Shown: piece by piece, positions 1-13,136 of the stretch
How positions within the stretch are numbered: position 1 is the first letter of the stretch
How the letters are laid out: each line of letters opens with the position of its first letter
Assembly (NCBI RefSeq): GCF_003918875.1
Contig: NW_025766957.1
Coordinates: 1,054,001 to 1,118,000 of the forward strand
Source of the DNA: Haliotis rubra
Taxonomy: Eukaryota
Direction of reading: 5' to 3'
DNA: 64,000 nucleotides
Notes under the pieces: generated by a model
Databases searched by the model: none
What the model saw: only the letters and a program-made list of their open reading frames with translations
Told to the model about the DNA's origin: nothing
Translations under genes and position numbers: made by a program

Positions 1-480
1 TTGAAAGCTATCTACCAATGCCCAAAATATAGCCCGACATTGTGGTGGGATATCATCACATGGAGTGGCGAAGTTGTGTATTTTCACTGGAAATTTGATG
101 AAGGGACGATATGTTGACATCTTAAATGATCGATCATTTAAGATGATCACCTCCTTCCACGGCCCCAACACTGTATGAAGATAAATGGATTTTCCAGCAT
201 GATAAGGACCCAAAACACACTGCGGGCTACACAAAACAGCTGTTGTCGGACAAAAAATGTAGACTGGCCCAGCTACAGCCCAGATCTTAACCCTATTGAG
301 AATGTGTGGGGACTAATGAAGGACAGAATAAACTGTCTTAGAAATATTGAGGATATGAAGAAAGAAGTGGTAGAATATCGGGATACCCTGTCACACGATT
401 TCCTACAAACTTTGATCGGTGGTGTACCTGGGCGTATTCAGGCGTGAATTACAGAGCAAGGAGGTCTCACAAAGTACTGA
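1..480 (+). mobile_element. Degenerate Tc1/mariner transposase 3' remnant
   Basis: ORF 175-447 contains DWPSYSPDLNPIENVWGLMK, the Tc1 WPxxSPDLNPIENxW motif. An upstream shifted frame has FQHDKDPKHT. Frameshifted and cut by the window start. Confidence 0.85.
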
Positions 481-1159
481 AAAGACACTTAGACTGTAAG
501 AGAATCATATCTCAACATATTCATTTAAGTAAAACTTCTACAGCTTATATGCATGTATTAGATATTTGCCGACACAACTTTCTCAATAATTTCTGGGAAT
601 ACTATATATTGTACTAAAGTAGCTGTCAATGTGTCGCCGAAGATAGTAAACAAACAAACAAACAACCATATTAACAAAATAAAACAAAAAACACCCCAAA
701 CATATAAGAATGAAAACAACCAAAAAAGCAAATAAACAAGCGGAGAAATATAATGGGTACATTGTGACTCGGGTACATTCCACCAGGCTAAGCCGTCGCT
801 GTAGATACATGTAGTTGCATTCCTTCACCGTTCCAGGATCCACATATGGTACGTTCGGTCTTTCCTCAGTCAATCATCCGCATGCTCTTGATAGACGTAA
901 ATTGAACGCGTGTTCATGAATTATACCATCGACTCTGCTTTTAGGGCGTGGGCAGGGTTTTGTCGATTTTATTTATATCTATTCTTGATTACAAAAAATT
1001 ACCTACATTATCTTATAGCCCCTATTTACCCAAAAGTAACTGATAGTGCTATGCCAGGTTTTGCATATTGTCATCATTGTAATGATTATAACCCAGATCA
1101 TGATCACTATCAATTTCCGTTATCAATCACATTATCAAAACATGTTGTGTCCAACATTT

Positions 1160-4100
1160 TCAGCCAATGATACTAGCTCCCCCTTGCACTTCCTTGACCA
1201 CCGCGTCACTTTCATTGGACAGTCTGTCCACGGCTGTTATGGCGTAGCGGCCACTGGGCACTGACCAACTGGTTGTGTCATTGTTCAGGAGTTTCTTCAA
1301 CTCCCACGCGTCCGCCTCATACTTGTAAACAGCCCAGCTCCTCGTCACACCGGAACCGTCCTTGTTCCACGTCAAGGTGCTGCCTGAAACCCTGACACCA
1401 GAGGGAGGTGGAGGTGGAGTGGCACCAAGCCATGGCATAGGCGGTGCAAGAGCTGGAACAGTGTAGAGGTCTTTCTGAAACATGGTGGATAATCCCTTGC
1501 TGTTGTCCCGGAAGTACTTAGCACTGAAGAACACATCACCAAGACTCAGCTTGTCACGTCGCTTCCTTGCTTCCTCAACCTGGCGTGTAATTTCGTCAAG
1601 TGGCCAGTTTTGCTCTACCACATTGCCTGCATAGCTCCCTGCATAGAAGTGGCGATGTTTGGAGTTTTGCTGCAGCCACCAGTCCATCAGGTGCGTGAAA
1701 CTCTGTTTCACCGGATCAATCCGCCAGTACAGTTGCGGAGTAAAGTAGTCCACCCAGCCCTCGTCAAACCACTTCCTACTGTCAGCGTACTGCTCATAGT
1801 AGGACGACAGCCCAACTATGCCTTTAGGAATTCCTGATTTCCATATTCCGAATGGACTAAGACCAAATTTCACATGCTTCTTGGTCGCCTTGGTTCCATT
1901 ATACAGACGCTGGATAAGCGAGTTGACGTTATCCCGTCTCCAATCATCCCGTCCAAGATGGCCGCCTCCTTTTCGATAAGCGTTGTAAGTAACGTTATCG
2001 GGAAAACTTTGTCCTGAAACAGGGTATGGGTAGAAGTAGTCATCCATGTGGACGCCGTCAATGTTGTAACGCTTTACCACATCCATGATGACGTTGTAAC
2101 ACTGATCCTGAACTGCCTTGGCCCCTGGGTCCATCCATAGATCGTTCCCATAAGCATGAGCGTACTGTGGATATTTGACAGCAATGTGGTTAGGGGCAAG
2201 TCCAGCCTTAGAGGTACTCCCAGACCGAGCTCGATACGGGTTGTACCAGGTGTGCACCTCCATGCTGCGTCTGTGAGCCTCCTCCAGTACAAAGGCCAGG
2301 GGGTCGTAATAAGGAGAAGGAGCCCTTCCTTGGGAACCTGTCAAATACTCGCTCCACGGCTCCAGGGTAGAGTTGTACATGGCATCACCAACTGAGCGGA
2401 CCTGCAAAGATTAAGTAAATGGGTTAAGGGTGAGTGAGTATGGTTGTATGCCGCTTTCAGAAAATGTATATTCAAGCAGAAACACCGGTACCAGCAATCG
2501 GCTTCCCACATATGTGTGACGAGCGAACGACCCAGCGGCTCCTTCATAAACTGTATAAGCAAACTATATTTGATAGGCGATGAAGTTGATGAAAACAAGG
2601 CTATGGTCGAGACGTATTTGAGTGTGCACTTGGTGTAACATTTCTTACATCTTAAATGTTCGGTAAAATCACTTAATGATCGCTTACTGTTTGAGAAAAA
2701 CATACTGAAAGTTCATGGCCACGCATATCAACACCAAGGGCCCCGAGTGCTGATAAAACATGGACCGAATTTGTTATTTGAACAAATGCTCAGCGGATCC
2801 TGGTACGGCTCATAGAGGCAACTCATGCATAGACAGTGTCAGTTACAGTGCCTCACATCGCTAGGCCATCCTTGTCCGTGAAATAGAAATGGATACTTAT
2901 ACTTGAAAGAACTTTATTTTTTGTCAAAGTCTTACATTTTTCTGACTGATTAAATTGAACAATGTCATTTGTGCAATGTAATTGCTAAAAAGATGAGCTT
3001 CTAAAGATTCTGATGGAGTTTTGCTTACCTGGAACACGATGGCATTGAAGTTCAGCTTCTGCAGCTTGTCCAGGAGGAGGACCAGCTCCGCCTTCTGTTG
3101 GGAGGTGGAGTGATAGCGGGACAGCGGCCAGTCAATGTCCGCCACTGTGGCTACCCACACAGCTCGGAACTCTCTCACTGGCCAGACATCGCCGCTAGAT
3201 TTGACGGTCTCTGTCCAATCAAACATTCAATATTATGTAATCATCCAGTATGGCGCACAAAACATACGAAGACATACACTGAGATTTCGCTAAAATTGTT
3301 CCATGCTTCATACATGGGGTGGTGTGTGGTCCTGTGCATAGCGATCAGGTCACAAATCAGTTAAAGATAAGCAACGTTGGGCGCGGAGAGTCCTTGGATG
3401 GGTGACCGTATTTGGCAGCTTGACTCCTGAGTGTTTCTAGGACTTCAGTCCTGCCCCACAACAAAGCACATGAGATACATGTGGTCTCACCTTAGGCAGG
3501 TGAGTTTGTTCAAAATTGCCTCTATTCACCCAGCAGATAATGGGTACCTGTTGGGATAAGTCATGTGACTATAACCTTTTTAGCGCCTAACATGCAGCTT
3601 GGGTTATCCGGGTTAATAATGTGTTAGCCCTTTGAGCATGCAAAAGTGTGTGGAAACAGGCGCTTTATAAAAAGGCCATTGCTATGCAGCCCATTGTTCC
3701 GCGTATTGAATGTTATGGGTGGTGTTTAACGCAGCACTCAGCAATATTCCAGCTGTATGACTGCTGCTTGTAACTGGACCAGACAATCCAGTGACTGACA
3801 TCAAATGAAAATGCTGTCGTTTGGGAATCGGGCACATATTTAATTTTGGCAAATGATCAATTTGATAACGAGAAATTTGTTTCGTGATCAATCCGGTCAC
3901 ACGTACACATACACATATGGCATATGATCCTTTCTGTTACACATAATAGCTTTTCATATGATTCATTGGGTTACTAATAGTAGTGACAAATGATCCATTC
4001 TGTCAGACACAACTTTTTCATATTATCCGTTCGGTCACTAACAAGAGTATGACACATGATCCATCCGGTAACGCATAGAAAATTTGATAATATTGAGTCG

Positions 4101-4570
4101 GCCACTAATAATATGTCACAGAAATATGTCATTTGCTCAATTCGGTCACACGAAGAAGTGTGTCATTTGATCAAATCAGAAATTTGTGACTTCATCATTT
4201 CGGTCAAATATGTAAATTGCCATGTGATAAATCCGGTCTCACATGGAAGTTTGACATGTGATTAATTCGAACAAACGTGATAGTTCGTCACGTCACATTA
4301 CACAGAAGTCGGTCAATCGGTGTTCTGTTGGTCACGTGATGACTATGGTGCCAGAGCACACATATGGACGGGTAACACCCGTATTTTCATATTACTACAT
4401 TTAGTCTACCATGTAATAATAGAGTAACTGTTTTCATGAAATTCAGTGGGTTGTTACTTGTTTTTAATTATACATCAGAAATATACAGATTAAAATGACT
4501 TACCCGCTCTCGTGAACTGCGTGCCACAGAGAAGGTATCCGAGGGTAAAAAACTCAAGTAATCCCTTCAT
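1160..4570 (-). CDS. Glycosyl hydrolase-like 10 (YddW/DigH/YngK family) protein, copy 1, 496 aa, 3 exons
   Basis: Exons 4570-4504 (MKGLLEFFTLGYLLCGTQFTRA, signal-peptide-like), 3210-3029 (REFRAVWVATVADIDWP...NFNAIVFQ) and 2401-1160 (VRSVGDAMY...HTWYNPYR...DGVHMDDYFYPY...DYFTPQLYW, ending in an FN3-like YAITAVDRLSNES). All introns are GT-AG, phases 1 and 0, and the frame is continuous. Confidence 0.9.
3311..3683 (+). mobile_element. SINE with 5S-rRNA-derived segment (SINE3-like), in intron 1 of hydrolase copy 1
   Basis: TAAGCAACGTTGGGCGCGGAGAGTCCTTGGATGGGTGACCG resembles the 5S internal control region. It has a LINE-like 3' tail, is absent at the homologous site of copy 2 (~9558), and has a second copy at ~14185-14553. 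Confidence 0.7.
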
Positions 4571-5046
4571 TAGGGCTGGGTTAAAACTCCAGACTAGACT
4601 GGAGACAACGTAAAAAAAACAACAACGTGTCAAATTAGGTCTCATAAATCCTTGATAAGGGCTTCTTATCTTTTTTGGGTGTGTACATTTCCAGATTCAA
4701 TCTTCACAGGCACACGATATGTATTCCCCTTGATCTCTGTTGACCGAAGGTTTGTGACGGCAGATTTCAGTAGCTTCAGAGAAATCAGTGAAATCCTGTT
4801 GCTTGTTTGAGTGTGAGGGAGGTTGGGTTTTTAGACAACATATGGCAATGGTGTAATTTTTAAAAATATCAAAGATAATACTAAACATGGAGGGCGACAT
4901 AATAAATATATAGTTTAATATTACATTTAAAGCCGGACATCGGAACCACATATTTCACCATGAAGTTACCCGGATTAATCATTCAAGGGTATACAATGTA
5001 CCTTGTAGCATCGCACTATGCTATATATATATTTCAGGTTAGACTA

Positions 5047-5165
5047 GGGGAGGTGGGGGTAGCCCAGTGGCTAGACGTTCACTCGTCACACTGAGGACCA
5101 GGGTTAAATTCCGCACATTGGTACAGTGTGCGAAGTCCATTTCCGGTTTCTCCCGCCGTGTTTAG
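5047..5165 (+). mobile_element. tRNA(Asp)-derived SINE, decayed
   Basis: GGGGTAGCCCAGTGG...CTCGTCAC...GGGTTAAATTCC head matches the better copies at 6168 and 51214. Confidence 0.65.
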
Positions 5166-6167
5166 CATTATCTTTAATATTTTTCAAATTTACACCATTG
5201 CCACATGTAGTCAATAACATAAGCTTAATCGGTAGAATAATAAATAGAGAATGGGTGATGCTTAAATTCCTTTCCTGGGCTATACATATGCATATCCGAC
5301 ATGAAGCGGTATTGATGCTGCTCGCTCTGCCACTTATCTCAGGTCAAATATTATGTTACTATGTTCAACTTCCTTGTTTGAAATGTGAGCTTAGTCATAC
5401 AATTTACGAGATTGCTGCAGCAAGTACAAACACATGACAGGAAATGACGTATTAATATGCCACTCATTGTCAGAAGACAGGAGGAATTCGCTAAAGTGGG
5501 TTGGTGTCTGTCACTTTATTTATGAAAAGGTGCCGGAAGATACTACACTTCTTCTTCTGAACTTTGGTGGTTTGTTGTTTAAGCGACCCACACAACAATC
5601 TTCTAACTAAATGAAGACGGTCTTTAAATAATCAAGTCTGGACCAGACAGCCCAGTGATTGACATCATGAGCATCGATGAACGCAACTTGGAAACGATGA
5701 CATTTGTCAACCAAACCCGGTCCGGTTAATCGCCTCTTACGAAACACTTGGGTTATCAAATGCTGATGAGAACAAAAGTACTGGTGACGTATGGTCACAC
5801 GTGCGTGTGTTGCTGTTATTTATGTTTTGAACCTCTAACAACACAATCTGCTCAGGTTATCAATTCAAGGTTATGTTTTCAGTGAATGTTATTGTGATGG
5901 GAGCAGGTATAATTGCCTGATATATTTACATTCACTGAACAATAAAGATCAAATACCGACATTATCTGTTAGTAATCGTGCTATGAATCTTCCTTGGATG
6001 GAAAGAAAATAAACGTTTCCTGAACGATATGTACAAAATGTCTGATAACTTTTATAACAATGTTTCTGAGGCATCTAGTCTGATTATATGATTCTTTAGA
6101 ACATTGGTATAACCAATGGAAGTTGGTTCATTGTCCTGAGGTCCCATGTCCGATTCCTGCCATGGAT

Positions 6168-6336
6168 AGGGCCGGTGGGGTAGCCCAGTGATTAGGGCGT
6201 TCACTCGTCACGATAGAGACCCGGGTTCGATTCCCCACATGGGTACAATGTGTGAAGCCCATTTCTGGTGTCCCCGGCGTGATATTGCTGGAATATTGCT
6301 AAAAGGGGCGTAAAGCTAAACTCACTCACCCATCCA
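6168..6336 (+). mobile_element. tRNA(Asp)-derived SINE with target site duplication
   Basis: A box TAGCCCAGTG, GTC anticodon-like loop, B box GGTTCGATTCC, (CTCA)n tail. Flanked by the direct repeat TGCCATGGATA. Confidence 0.85.
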
Positions 6337-6949
6337 TGCCATGGATACACCGCATCGTGCAGGTTTAATTAACATCCCTGGATATATAAAACTGATGTTT
6401 TGTGTCTCCAATTGTAAAATGACTGGAAAGCGGCATTAAACTTGACTCACTCTTCCACTAACTAATATAATTAATTACACCGTTATCTGCCTGATAACTG
6501 TAAACTTTAAAGATGTAAATTGGTAGACATGTTGAAGATATCTCAAACACTAACGCACCAATAACAAGATTTTCTTTCATGTGTATACATACTTCTTTTT
6601 TTAATTGACGTTTTATTTTATTTCAGAAATCCCCGTTACAAATAGGAGCTCTTGTCCAGGGTAGCAGGAGCCCCATTGCACAAACAAAACAGAAAGACGA
6701 CAAAACTTTTTTGAGTTCTTTTGTGTATTTTATTTTAGACATTAAACACGGACACCACAATATTCACAAATATAAAAGTAGAATAGGCAATATCATGATG
6801 TAGTTTGTTGACATAAAAAACCCCAACAACTTTGCTGACAACAGATAATATGAAGTTATCATTGCAAAGATGACTTCCGGAATGCGCGTTCAGTGGTGAA
6901 AACGTGTTACGTTTTGACTTTCTAAAATCTAAACAATCTTCAACCATAA

Positions 6950-7290
6950 CAATGAATGCCAAAAAGCAAATGGAAATTGGGAAAAGGGGGCAATCAGGGA
7001 AGTAAAGAACCCAATATGGAGGCTTTTCTAATCGACGAAGGGCGGATGAGGCGATGGGAGATTCGGCTGTTTATGTCAGTGACGTCTCGAAATTGGCCGC
7101 CAAAGTGGATCTTGCCACTCTGCAACTGATGCTTAACAAACAGACTGATGATATTTGCAGCAAGGTCGCAGAAGATACGAAGAGGATCACAGGCCGTGTC
7201 GACGGTATTGAACACACCATTACTTACCATGATAGTCACATTCAGGAGCTGAACAGTCACCAGTAACAAGATTGATGTTCGATGCAAATT
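6950..7290 (+). other. Possible LINE ORF1-like coiled-coil remnant between the hydrolase paralogs
   Basis: ORF 7054-7266 has heptad character (ICSKVAEDTKRITGRVDGIEHTITYHDSHIQEL). No diagnostic motif. Confidence 0.3.
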
Positions 7291-7383
7291 CCTATTTTCA
7301 TATTGTAACCCATGACCATGATCACTGTCAATTTCCGTTATCGATCACAGTAACAAAATGTTTATCGGATGTGTTCAACATTT

Positions 7384-10300
7384 TCAGTCAATGATATTGG
7401 CTCCCCCTTGCACTTCCTTGACCACCGCGCCGCTTTCATTGGACAGTCTGTCCACGGCTGTTATGGCGTAGCGGCCACTGGGCACTGACCAACTGGTTGT
7501 GTCATTGTTCAGGAGTTTCTTCAACTCCCACGCGTCCGCCTCATACCTGTAGACAGCCCAGCTCCTCGTCACACCGGAACCGTCCTTGTTCCACGTCAAG
7601 GTGCTGCCTGAAACCCTGACACCAGAGGGAGGTGGAGGTGGATTGGCGCCAAGCCAGGGCATAGGCGGTGCAAGAGCTGGAACAGTGTAGAGGTCTTTCT
7701 GAAACATGGTGGACAATCCCTTGCTGTTGTCCCGGAAGTACTTAGCACTGAAGAACACATCACCAAGACTCAGCTTGTCACGTCGCTTCCTTGCTTCCTC
7801 AACTTGACGTTTAATTTCGTCAAGAGGCCAGTTTTGCTCTACCACATTGCCTGCATAGCTCCCTGCATAGAAGTGGCGATGTTTGGAGTTTTGCTGCAGC
7901 CACCAGTCCATCAGGTGCGTGAAACTCTGTTTCACCGGATCAATCCGCCAGTACAGTTGCGGAGTAAAGTAGTCCACCCAGCCCTCGTCAAACCACTTCC
8001 TACTGTCAGCGTACTGCTCATAGTAGGACGACAGCCCAACTATGCCTTTAGGAATTCCTGATTTCCATATTCCGAATGGACTAAGGCCAAATTTCACATG
8101 CTTCTTAGTTGCCTTGGTTCCATTATACAGACGCTGGATAAGCGAGTTGACGTTGTCCCGTCTCCAATCATCCCGTCCAAGATGGCCGCCTCCTTTTCGA
8201 TAAGCGTTGTAAGTAGCGTTATCGGGAAAACTTTGTCCTGAAACGGGGTATGGGTAGAAGTAGTCATCCATGTGGACGCCGTCAATGTCGTAACGCTTTA
8301 CCACATCCATGATGACGTTGTAACACTGATCCTGAACGACCTTGGCCCCTGGGTCCATCCACAGACTATTCCCATAAGCATAAGCGTACCGTGGGTATTT
8401 GACAGCCATGTGGTTGGGGGCAAGTCCAGCCTTAGAGGTACTCCCAGACCGAGCTAGATACGGGTTATACCAGGAGTGGACCTCCATGTTGCGTCTGTGT
8501 GCCTCCTCCAGTAGAAAGGCCAGGGGGTCGTAATAAGGAGAAGGAGCCCTTCCTTGGGAGCCTGTCAAATACTCGCTCCACGGCTCCAGGGTGGAGTTGT
8601 ACATGGCATCACCAGCTGAGCGGACCTGCAAAGATTCAGTAAATGGGTTCAGACCAACATAACGTTTTCTTGGAAACTTCATATAGTGTTGGTGAGTGAG
8701 TGAGGTTGTATGCAGCTTTAGCAATATTTCAGCAGGGCTTCCCATATTGTAGATATGTGGGAAATCGAACCCGGTGTGACAAGCGAACGCTTTAACCATT
8801 CAGCAACCCCTCGGCTACTTTATGTAATGAATTTGATAAAAACGAGGTTATGGTCGAGACGTATTTGAGAGTACATTTGGTGTAACATTTCTTACATCTT
8901 AAATGTTCGGTTAAATCTCTTCATGATCTCTTACTGTTTGAGAAAAACAAACTGAAAGTTTTTAGGTCACTTCTGTCAATATCAAGAACAGCGAGTGTTG
9001 ATAAAGCATGGGCCCAATCTGTGATTCGAACAAATGCTCAGCTGATCCTGGTACGGCTCATGCAGGCAACTCTGCATAGACAGTGTCAGTTACAGCGCCT
9101 CACATCGCTAGGCCATCCTTGTCCGCGAAATAAACTTAAAAGAAGTTTATTTTTTTGTCAAAGTCTATATCAATCTGACTGATTAAATTGAACAATGTAA
9201 TTTGTGCAATTACAACAAAGATAAATATATTGTAATGTAATTACTAAAAAGATGAGCTTCCAACGATTCTGATGGAGTTTTGCTTTACCTGGAACACGAT
9301 GGCGTTGAAGTTCAGCTTCTGAAGCTTGTCCAGGAGGAGGACCAGCTCCGCCTTCTGTTGGGAGGAGGAGTGATAGCGGGACAGTGGCCAGTCCATGTCC
9401 TTCACTGTGGCCACCCACACTGCTCGGAACTCTCTCACTGGCCAGACATCGCCGCTACATTTGACGGTCTCTGTAATAATACAATCAATATTATGTAATC
9501 ATCCAGAATGGCGCTCAAAACATACACTGAGATTTCGTCAAATTTGTTCCATGCTTCACGCAGCCCACTGTTCCGCGTATTCGATGTTATGTTTGTTGCT
9601 TAACACCGTACTCAGCAATATTCCAGCTGTATGACTGCGGCCTGTAATTAATCGAGTCTGGACCAGACAATTCAGTGACTGACATCAATACATACGGAAT
9701 AAGGATACGATGACATGCATCAATCAAGCCAGCGAGCCTGACCACCAGATCACGTCATTCGAATCTTTCAACAAGCATGGCTTGCTGTAGAGCAATATTA
9801 ACCCGGATCTTCAGTGGTAATTCGACATTATTTCAGCATTAAGCACCAAACATTCAACATTATGCACCAAAATACACCAAGGCGTCTATATTAAGTTAAA
9901 AAGTGAGGCCAACCTTAATACACGTACAGATGACACAGGTGGGAATATGACCTTCTTGTCAGCAGCGTGACATCGGGTAACTTCGTTCATGGGGTTGTCA
10001 TATCAACAGGACTACCCGTGGTCATGTTTATTCATTTATCGATTCAGATCGATAAGGAAAATGTTGTCGTTATCGAACCGGGAACATATTTAATTTTGGC
10101 AAATGGTCAATTTGTTGACGAGAAGAAGTTTGTTTCGTGATCAATCTGGTCACATAGAAATATGATATATGTTACACTAAACTTTTTTGAACCATTGGGT
10201 CACAAATAGTAGTATGGCATATGATCCATCCGGTCACTAATAGCAGTATGACATATGATCCATCCGGTCACTTATAGTAATATGACAAATGATCCATCTG

Positions 10301-11405
10301 GTCACTAATAGTAGTATGACGTATCATCCATCCGGTCAATAAAGAAGAATGACATATGATCCATCCAGTCACTAATAGTAGTACGACATATGATCCATCC
10401 GGTCACTTAAAGTAGTATGATGTGTGATCCATCCGGTCACTAATAGTCGTATGACATATGATCCATCCGGTCACTTATAGTAAAAAGGCAAATAATCCAT
10501 CTGGTCACTAATAGTAGTATGACATATGATCCATCCGGTCACTAATAGTGGTATGACATATGATCCATCCGGTCACTTATAGTAATATGACAAATAATCC
10601 ATCTGGTCACTAATAGTAGTATGACATATGATCCATCCGGTCACTTATAGTAGTATGACATATGATCCATCCGGTCACTTATAGTAATATGACAAATGAT
10701 CCATCCGGTCACTAATCTTTTTTTGAACCAGAAGTATGACATATGATCCATCCGGTCACTTATAGTAGTATGACGTATGATCCATCGGTCACTAATAGCA
10801 GTATGACATATGACCCTTTCTGTCACACATAGTAGCTTCTCATATAATTCATTCGGTCACTAATAGTATGACATATGATCCATCCTGTAACGCGTATAAG
10901 ATTTGATAAGATCGGGTCGGTCACTAAAAGTATGTCACAGAAATATGCCATTTCATCAATTCGGTCACACACCGAAGTACGTCATTTGATCATTCGGTCA
11001 CATACATAAGTAGGTCATATGATCAAATTCGAAATTTGTGATTTCATCATTTCGGTCAGATTTAGAAATTGCCATGCGATAAATTCCGTCTCACTTTGAC
11101 ATGTTTGACATGTGATTAATTCGAACAAACGTGAACGTTCGTCACGTGACATTACACAGAGGTTGGTCACGTGATGAATATGATCTACGAACACACATAT
11201 GGATTGGTACACCCGTACTTTCATACCACTACATTTAATCTGCCACTCAACGATAGATTTACTGTATACATAAAAATCATATCGGTGTTGCTGTTTTGTT
11301 TAATATACATCAGAAATATACAGACTGACATGACTTACCCGCCCTCGTGAACTGCGTGCCACTGAGAAGATATCCGAGGGTAACAAACTCAAGTAATCCC
11401 TTCAT
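7384..11405 (-). CDS. Glycosyl hydrolase-like 10 protein, copy 2, 496 aa, 3 exons
   Basis: Exons 11405-11339, 9470-9289 and 8625-7384 have the same lengths as copy 1 (67/182/1242 nt), GT-AG introns, an intact frame and the same motifs. Confidence 0.9.
10190..10890. repeat. 34-bp minisatellite, about 20 units, in intron 1 of hydrolase copy 2
   Basis: Unit ATGACATATGATCCATCCGGTCACTAATAGTAGT repeated in tandem. Confidence 0.95.
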
Positions 11406-12871
11406 TGGTCCTGGGATAAAACTCCACACTAGACTGGGGACAACGTAAAAAAAAAATTTCAATTAAGTCTCAGACAGCCTACACATCGGCTTGCATCAGC
11501 TGATAAGGGCTCCTTATCTTTCGTGGCTGTGTAGATTCATTGACACACGTCTACATCTACCTTCCTGGGAACTGAACAACTCCCTCGACGTCTTCCGTTG
11601 TCAATTTTGTTTCTTCGTTGTTTAGCACAATATTCTAGGAAGATGGCGGCGCCCTGCAAACAATCTGGACCAGACTATCCAGTGATTGACATCATAAGCA
11701 TGGTGGGATACGATCACGCGCGTCAACCAAGTCGGCCACCTGATCCTGTTTGTCGCCCCGTACGACAAGCTTGGGTAGCTGAAGATCAATTCTAACCCGG
11801 AACTTCACAGTATCATGAGACTGAAATGGTGTGGTCACTTCCGACGTGAAGCTATTACTGCGAACGACTTCAGGTATCTACAATAGAGGTCCACACACAC
11901 TCACGTTACACATCGTTGGACTTTCGTTATGAAGGGACAGCTAAGGCAACACTTTCGTGTCAAGAGTTATTCCTACATCCTCGAGCTAATACTAATGTCG
12001 ACAACTAAAACACTTCCGGCTTTGTCGTAAACATAATCAGAGACCGTGTGCAAATGTTCGCTTTGTCGACGGTTACAATGTTCAAGGGAGGTAATTCCCC
12101 ACAGCTACCCGTCTCTCGTTTAATATTACAAACATTTTTTTATGAATATGTCGGTTAGCGTGTTTCAAATACTGTCAATGACACTGTGTCTACCTTGTCA
12201 TCATCATTATACCAGCATTACTAGGCACAATATCGTCATATGAATGTTCGCGTTGCGTATCGTATAGGTTACATGTGGCGGGCGACATGTATGTATGTAA
12301 CCAAACGGTAATTCATTTGGACAGTAACGGCAGTATATCACACCACACTTCTCTAAAAATAAATAATGCATTTCTCTCAATAATACTAACTATCAGCACT
12401 TAGGGAAGCTACCCTTTACTTCATTAAAAAAATACGTATTTAGATTACAATATTAAATTAAAACGTTCGAATGAATGTATGCAACGTTGTATTAAATCGC
12501 CCTCGACCTGCAGAACATTATTTCAAGCGAGTCTCGTGGAGCGCTCTTTACGGATATCGTACCCACAACACCGCGTGCGACAGTTTTCGATGTATGGGGC
12601 AATTTTTACCTTATATATATGGCCAGTGTTCTATGTTTGGAAGCTGTCCGCCTCGAAGTTTCAATTATCGATTTCAGGCAAGTCGTAAGGGATAATAAGT
12701 CTTTTATGAATCAATAAGAAGCTAAAGTGGGGGCATATGCCCCAATATATATAATATAGGCCAACATATTGTCGAAAATGTGTGTCATTGTTCCTTTAAT
12801 AGACAGCACCCAGCTATTGTAATGGCAACGGTTCAGCCTCAGGTTCAGTTCCTTTCACATTTGTCTGCAGG

Positions 12872-13136
12872 AGTGAGTGAGTTTAGTTTTACGCCGCACT
12901 CAGCAATATTCCAGCTATATGGCGGCGGTCTGTAAATAATCGAGTCTGGACCAGACAATCCAGTGATCAACAGCATGAGCATCGATCTGCGCAATTGGGA
13001 ACCGATGACATGTGTCAACCAAGTCAGCGAGCCTGACCACCCGATCCCGTTAGTCGCCTCCTACGACAAGCATAGTCGCCTTTTGTGGCAGGCATGGGTT
13101 GCTGAAGACCTATACTACCTCGGATATTCACGGGTC
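12872..13136 (-). mobile_element. Abundant SINE-like family with a GTCGTAAGAGGCGAC core and the same (CTCA)n tail as the tRNA-Asp SINE
   Basis: Full copy flanked by TGTCTGCAGGA/TGTCTGCAAGA. Related copies or fragments at ~3720-3805, 5575-5770, 9590-9817, 11660-11810, 44825-45160, 45450-45630, 45740-45980, 49395-49700, 52555-52745 and 56345-56575. Confidence 0.85.

Noticed and set aside
3365-3410. 5S rRNA gene
   Set aside because: Only a ~45-bp diverged internal segment embedded in a dispersed repeat.
6168-6245. tRNA-Asp gene (also at 42817-43158 and 51214) and a tRNA-like head at ~52265-52337
   Set aside because: The heads run into SINE bodies with tails and target duplications, and acceptor stems do not pair.
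1160-8625. Bacterial contamination or a prokaryotic operon for the GHL10 genes
   Set aside because: Canonical introns, host SINEs inside the introns and contiguity with CTR9.
8626-8799. N-terminal extension of the 471-aa hydrolase ORF
   Set aside because: Intronic read-through into a SINE fragment (MVKAFA...). The splice acceptor is at 8626-8627.
10190-10890. CRISPR-like array
   Set aside because: Units are directly adjacent with no unique spacers, there are no cas genes, and the context is eukaryotic.
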